From an uncultured Acidobacteriota bacterium (lineage in GTDB: Bacteria; Acidobacteriota; Polarisedimenticolia; J045), in NCBI GenBank assembly GCA_963702425.1, contig CAVPCQ010000039.1, positions 32,001-96,000 on the forward strand: DNA of 64,000 bases. The letters are read 5' to 3'. A program made the translations under genes and the position numbers. The notes below the pieces were generated by a model. That model saw nothing but the letters and a program-made list of their open reading frames with translations, was not told the DNA's origin and did no database searches. Positions 59,242-64,000 of this stretch are shown piece after piece (positions within the stretch are counted from its first letter, which is position 1; each line of letters begins with the position of its first letter).

Positions 59242-61124
59242 TTCGTCGGGGAGATCGCCTTCGACGCCGACGACGGGTGCTGTCGGTCAAATGGCCGCAC
59301 CTGGTAAGCAGCGGTCGCCCCCAGGTCCAGCAATTCGACTACGACGAGCAGGCCGGCTGCTGAAGGTGGAGCAGGGCTACGGGACCTGGAACGGGACCGA
59401 GACGAAGTGGACCTTCACGCAGTACTCGTCCTTCCACGACTTCCGTCTGGACGAGCAGGGGAACTGGGCCGAACATCAGGACGGCGCGGGAGCGGAAGCA
59501 TCCTTGTGAACCGACGATCGTCCAGAGCAACGCCTACATAGAGTGGCCGGTGTCGGGCGGGTCGCCGCTGAAGTTCGTGCTGGACGACACGGGGAGGTTC
59601 CTGTACGAGCGGCCGGTGACCGGGGCCAGGAAGTACCTCTACCGGCACGACGGTCTCGGGCGCCTGGTCTCGGCCGAGAAGCAGAACGCGCAGGGCCAGA
59701 TCGTGAGCACCACGACCTACGGCTACACCGCGGACGGCCGGCTGGCCTGGCGGAAGGACGGTGCAGCGGATCGGGAGTGGCTGATCTACGACGGGTCGCA
59801 GGCCGTCGTGCAGATCCAGCAACCGTCCCAGGGGGTCGCCGCCCTGACCTGGACCCACGTCTGGGCCGGAAACCGGCTGGTGCGGACGACCCGTCATCAA
59901 GGGCAGAGCGCGAGCTACGTGCGGCACCAGGATCGGCTGGGATCGATCGTGTTGCTGCGGACGCTCGGGGACGGGAGCCTCGAGAAGAAGCTGTACGATC
60001 CCTACGGCCGTGTGGTCGCCGTTCCCACCGACAGCACGACGAGCCCGTTGCCGATCCCCTACGGCTACGCCGGCGCGCGCTGGGAGGCGACCGCGGGTCT
60101 GTACCAGATGGGGGCGCGCTGGTACGACCCGGAACTGGGGCGGTTCATCGAGCAGGACCCGATCGGCGAGGCCGGCGGCCTGAACCTCTACGCCTACGTC
60201 GGGTCGAGCCCGACACTGTGGGTCGATCCGACGGGGTTGGCGCGGCAGGGCGTTGGGGGATCCGTGATCGGTGGCGGCCCGGTGAACCGGACGAGTCAGC
60301 GTCAACTCCTCGTGGACGGGACGTCGACGAGCGACGTGCTGACGGGCTCGTCGGGCGGCTGGCTCGATTGGGGATCAAGGCACCAGACGGACTACTGGGG
60401 GCCCTCATACGACCAGCCCGGGTACGATCCGAAGACGCCCGCGCAGCGACGTGCTGAGAGAGGGGCCAGCGGGCAGGAGGCGAAGGGCGCGGCAGGCCAG
60501 GGCGGGGATACGGACCTTTACTCGATCATCGCGACCTTCCAACGCATCGGAGCGGAACTCGGCCCTTGGGCCAACAAGATCGACCTGCTCGCGATCAGCT
60601 CTCCCACGCTGCGGCAAGCCCTCGCCCTGGCGCAGCAGCACGACGCGCACTTCTCCGTCCGCGACAGAGCCACACCGAACTACTATCACGAGGGAAGTGA
60701 AAGCGACAACATCCCCGCGCGCACGATTCTCCTCCCGGGCACAACAGATGGCTACACGGCGGAAGATATCGCTCGAGCGATAGTCCACGAGACAACGCAT
60801 CTCGAGCAACACATGACCGGGAGGTTCCCTGACATTCGACAATTGAGCGAGGACAAGTACGTTGCGGGCGTCCTGAAGGCCGAGGCCGAGGCGTTCACGC
60901 GCGGCATGAAAGCCACCGAGGAGTTCTCCCGAGCGGGATTCGTGGTGGATAGGTCGTCTCTCGAAATGCACGTGGCAGCGTCAAGCGGGCTGCCGCAGGC
61001 GGGCGCGGCTTGGGAGCGGGCCGCGACGGCGGCAGCACTCGCTTGGGTCAGCAACCCAGACGTATCGCCCTATCCGGCAAGAGCGCATGCAAACTGGAGG
61101 AGCTACCATGCCCAGGCGAAGTAG
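59242..61124 (+). pseudogene. Orphan RHS cassette 3 (short core plus intact HExxH metallopeptidase-like tip)
   Basis: Open 59550-61124; core DPIG...DPTGL; tip AIVHETTHLEQ with downstream EAEAF. Confidence 0.85.
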
Positions 61125-61878
61125 GAACGTGCATACCCCAACGGCGTGCTTGATCGTTGTGACGCTCGTGTTCCTTACGGGCTTGTCTGCGCATCCTCAA
61201 GAGCCTCTGTGCGAGCCTGGATTCACGATGAGCCTGACGGGCAGCAAGGATCTGAAGTGGACCGTGCTCGATGACGAGGCTCGCCGAGAGCTGCTTGACC
61301 TGCTTTACAAGGAAGCTCCCCTTCTCGCCAAAGAGTTCCGATCGTGCGGGGAGCTGGCGCCGATTGTAGAGGTTCCGGCGCCATTCCTCCGCTCAGGCCG
61401 TCTCTACGCGGGGTGCCTTTGTCCTGATATGGAATGGTACTACTTTGGAGCTATCGACGATAGCGCCTACGCGCTCTACGGCAGTTCTACTCGACGCCAG
61501 AACTTCTACGCATTGACTGGATTGAGACTCGACCAAGCCGAAAACCGCCTATTGCTCGCGGTCTTCGATGTGACCGCGTCGCAAGCGCCGCCGAGGAGCT
61601 TCGTTCCAATCCAAGATCCGGGGAATCCGGGCGGAGAGCAGGCTCGGATCATGCGACGATGGAAGGGCTTCTTCAGCGAAGACCGAATGGAGCTGGTGAA
61701 GCGCAATCTGGACCGAGTGACGCCGCCGTGGCTGTGTTCCGAGGATTCGTGGTCGGGAGGCTTCTTCGCGACGGTTCCTTCGGGACTCCGGAGAATCGAC
61801 TTCTCGATCTCCAAAGGCGGCGGCGTCAGTTTCGCGGTGACGGAAGTTGCATCGACGGACGAACTGCACGGTAGATAG
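61108..61878 (+). CDS. Putative exported immunity protein 3
   Basis: Overlaps or abuts the tip stop (alternative GTG 61129); signal peptide ACLIVVTLVFLTGLSA; several Cys; lower GC. Confidence 0.7.
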   Translation: MPRRSRNVHTPTACLIVVTLVFLTGLSAHPQEPLCEPGFTMSLTGSKDLKWTVLDDEARRELLDLLYKEAPLLAKEFRSCGELAPIVEVPAPFLRSGRLYAGCLCPDMEWYYFGAIDDSAYALYGSSTRRQNFYALTGLRLDQAENRLLLAVFDVTASQAPPRSFVPIQDPGNPGGEQARIMRRWKGFFSEDRMELVKRNLDRVTPPWLCSEDSWSGGFFATVPSGLRRIDFSISKGGGVSFAVTEVASTDELHGR

Positions 61879-61971
61879 GAAGCGTGACGGCTGGTCCGTC
61901 TGTTTGATTGGCCGACGATCTGTGCCGACGGGAACGCGGAGACCCGTCGCGGCTAGCGAATGTGGATCGCG

Positions 61972-63440
61972 CACGCGCGCCGGGACGAGCTGCAGCGCGC
62001 CCGGGACCAAGCAGATCGTGCAGACCTCGACCTGGGACGACGCGGGGCGACGGACGCAACTGACCCTGACGACGCCGGCCGCGGACGCCGCGCACTACGG
62101 CGGGACGAAGAAGCAGACCTGGACCTGGGACGCGCTGGACCGCTTGGAGAAGAGCACGGACGAGAACGCGGACGGCAGCGCGAACGCGGACGACGACGCG
62201 ATCGTGCGGATGAAGTACGACAGCCTGGGCCGTCCGCTGGAGGAGGGCTTCGGGGAGTCGTCTGGCGCGGCGCGCTGGAAGGTGCTCTCGGCCTACGACC
62301 GGCGCGGAGTGCGTATCTCGCTGAAGTACCCCGCCGCGAACGGAACCGTCGGCACCACGCTGGCGCTGGCCGCGGACACTCTCGGCCGGATGACCGGGAT
62401 CACGGAGGGCGCGACGAGCGTCGCGACGCTGACCTACGTCGGGGCCGGCCGGCTGGCGAAGATCCAGTCGCAGGACGACTCGGTTTGGCAGGGTCTGGAC
62501 TGGGACGCGGCCGGCCGCCGGACGCGCGGCCAGGTGACGGAAGGCGCGACGGTCCGCTTCGAAGAGGAGATCGCCTTCGACGCCGACGACCGGGTGCTGT
62601 CGGTCAAGTGGCCGCACCTGGTGAGCAGCAGCCGGCCGCAGGTCCAGCAATTCGGCTACGACGAGCAGGCCCGGCTGCTGAAGCTCGAGCAGGGGTACGC
62701 CGATCCGAGCGGGAGCAGCTGGACCTTCCCGGTGGGCTACTCGGCCTTCCACGACTTCCATCTCGACGAGCAGGGCAACTGGGCCGAACATAAGGATGGC
62801 GCGGGGACGACGCTGGTGAGCCCGACGATCGCCAAGGACAACGCGTACACGGCCTGGCCGGTCTCGGGCGGGTCGACGCTGAGCTTCGTGCTGGACGACA
62901 CGGGGAGGTTCGTGTACGAGCGGCCGGTGGCCGGGGGCGGGAAGTACGTCTACAAGCACGACGGCCTCGGCCGCCTGGTGTCGGCGCAGCGGCTCAGCGT
63001 GCCGGGCAACGCCGACCTGACGACGACCTACGGCTACACCGCGGACAGCCGGCTGGCTTGGCGCAAGGAGGGGACGGCGGCGCGCGAGTGGCTGATCTAC
63101 GACGGGTCGCAGGCGGTGGTGCAGACGACCGACACCGCGCTGACCTGGACCCACGTCTGGGCCGGAAGCCGGCTGGTGCGGTCGACGAAGCACCCGGCCG
63201 GAACGGTCTACCATCCGCATCAGGACCGGCTGGGATCGATCGTGGTGGTGACGCGTAGCGGCGGACCGGACCGCGCGATCTATGATCCCTACGGCCGGCT
63301 GGTGGCGGCCTTCTCGACGATCACGAACGACACTTTCCCCGTGCCCTTCGGCTACACCGGGGCGCGCTGGGAGGCGACGGCGGGCCTCTACCAGATGGGG
63401 GCGCGCTGGTACGACCCGGAGCTGGGGCGGTTCATTGAGC
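61972..63440 (+). pseudogene. Orphan RHS core fragment 4, truncated just before DPIG, no toxin tip
   Basis: In-frame copy of the core from AGTSCSAPG to GRFIE; homology then ends abruptly. Confidence 0.85.
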
Positions 63441-63733
63441 CGGTGAGGCGGCCACATACGATGACGGGCTCAAAGCCCAATACTCGAATCGGCCGGCCCC
63501 GAGGTGAACGGCCCCCTCGCACCCAGCAGGTTGGTGACGCGTCTCACCTCGTCCCTGGCCCGGTGCAAGGCCGGAGACCACGAGCGCCCGGCCGAGCCAA
63601 GTCCCTCGCCCGAACCACTCGCCGCCCCCTGATCTCGCCTGGTGCTGCAGCGTCCGCTGGTCCTTGGATCTGCTTCCCTTCGGAACAGCCCGCGCTGCCA
63701 CGCGGACCGCGCTTCGCACAGAGTCGTACCCTG

Positions 63734-63846
63734 TACGACGAGCAGGCCCGGCTGCTGACGCTTGAGCAGGGGTACGCCGACCCGAGCGGGAGCGGCTGGA
63801 CCTTTCCGGCGGGCTACGCCGGCTTCCACGACTTCCATCTCGAAGA
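63734..63846 (+). repeat. Short RHS core fragment 5
   Basis: YDEQARLLTLEQGYADPSGSGWTFPAGYAGFHDFHL, a copy of ~62657-62769. Confidence 0.85.
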
Positions 63847-63973
63847 GCTCCGGATCTCGGAGCCCGGCGTCGGCGTGAAGGACCTCTCGCCGCACGGCTG
63901 GAAGGTCCGCTTTGAGGCCGACGTCAAGGCCCGCCGCTACGAGATCCTCAGCAAGCTCACCGGCGCCGCCTGA
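63847..63973 (+). mobile_element. Possible IS66-family transposase C-terminal remnant
   Basis: LRISEPGVGVKDLSPHGWKVRF resembles the TnpC end (L.RI......V.ELTP..WK); recalled similarity only. Confidence 0.4.
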
Positions 63974-64000
63974 GTCCGCCCGGCTGGCGGCTCCATGAAG

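Noticed and set aside
52040-63846. Diversity-generating retroelement TR/VR pairs
   Set aside because: No reverse transcriptase gene; repeats are kilobase-long and differences are not adenine-specific.
61847-63973. 708-aa ORF as an intact RHS toxin gene
   Set aside because: A chance in-frame chain of spacer, core fragment, unrelated DNA and a probable IS tail; lacks both DPxG motifs and a credible start.

Overview
Very GC-rich (roughly 70-75% by eye) bacterial chromosome segment; gene content suggests Acidobacteriota (inference only). About 1-44.7 kb is mostly intact core genome: class A PBP, a lone pseudopilin, glgP, HEAT-gap-like-pgk-tpiA-secG-tRNA-Leu(GAG), an 11-gene complex I cluster nuoABCDHIJKLMN lacking nuoEFG, an F0-only ATP synthase cluster, tRNA-Sec, an RRM protein, a CDF transporter, a thermonuclease and a TPR protein. 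Within it (28-37.5 kb) is a signalling block rich in incomplete enzymes: a membrane Ser/Thr pseudokinase with PEGA domains, two exported partners, a PAS-HisKA protein with no ATPase domain, a sigma54 activator, and its probable target operon (consensus -24/-12 promoter, TGTC-N8-GACA enhancers) ending in a ChpT-like phosphotransferase. About 45.3-64 kb is a polymorphic toxin locus: a ~9 kb, apparently Sec-exported RHS/YD gene that seems to contain two tandem DUF6531+YD modules, followed by orphan RHS-core/toxin/immunity cassettes. Two toxin tips share a 44-aa pre-toxin segment and carry HExxH versus EExxH metallopeptidase-like motifs. The tip slot of the main gene is an ~870-bp cytosine-depleted, non-coding tract. 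The RHS region has many frameshifts, so sequencing/consensus error has to be excluded before biological interpretation. All calls come from reading motifs; no database searches were run.
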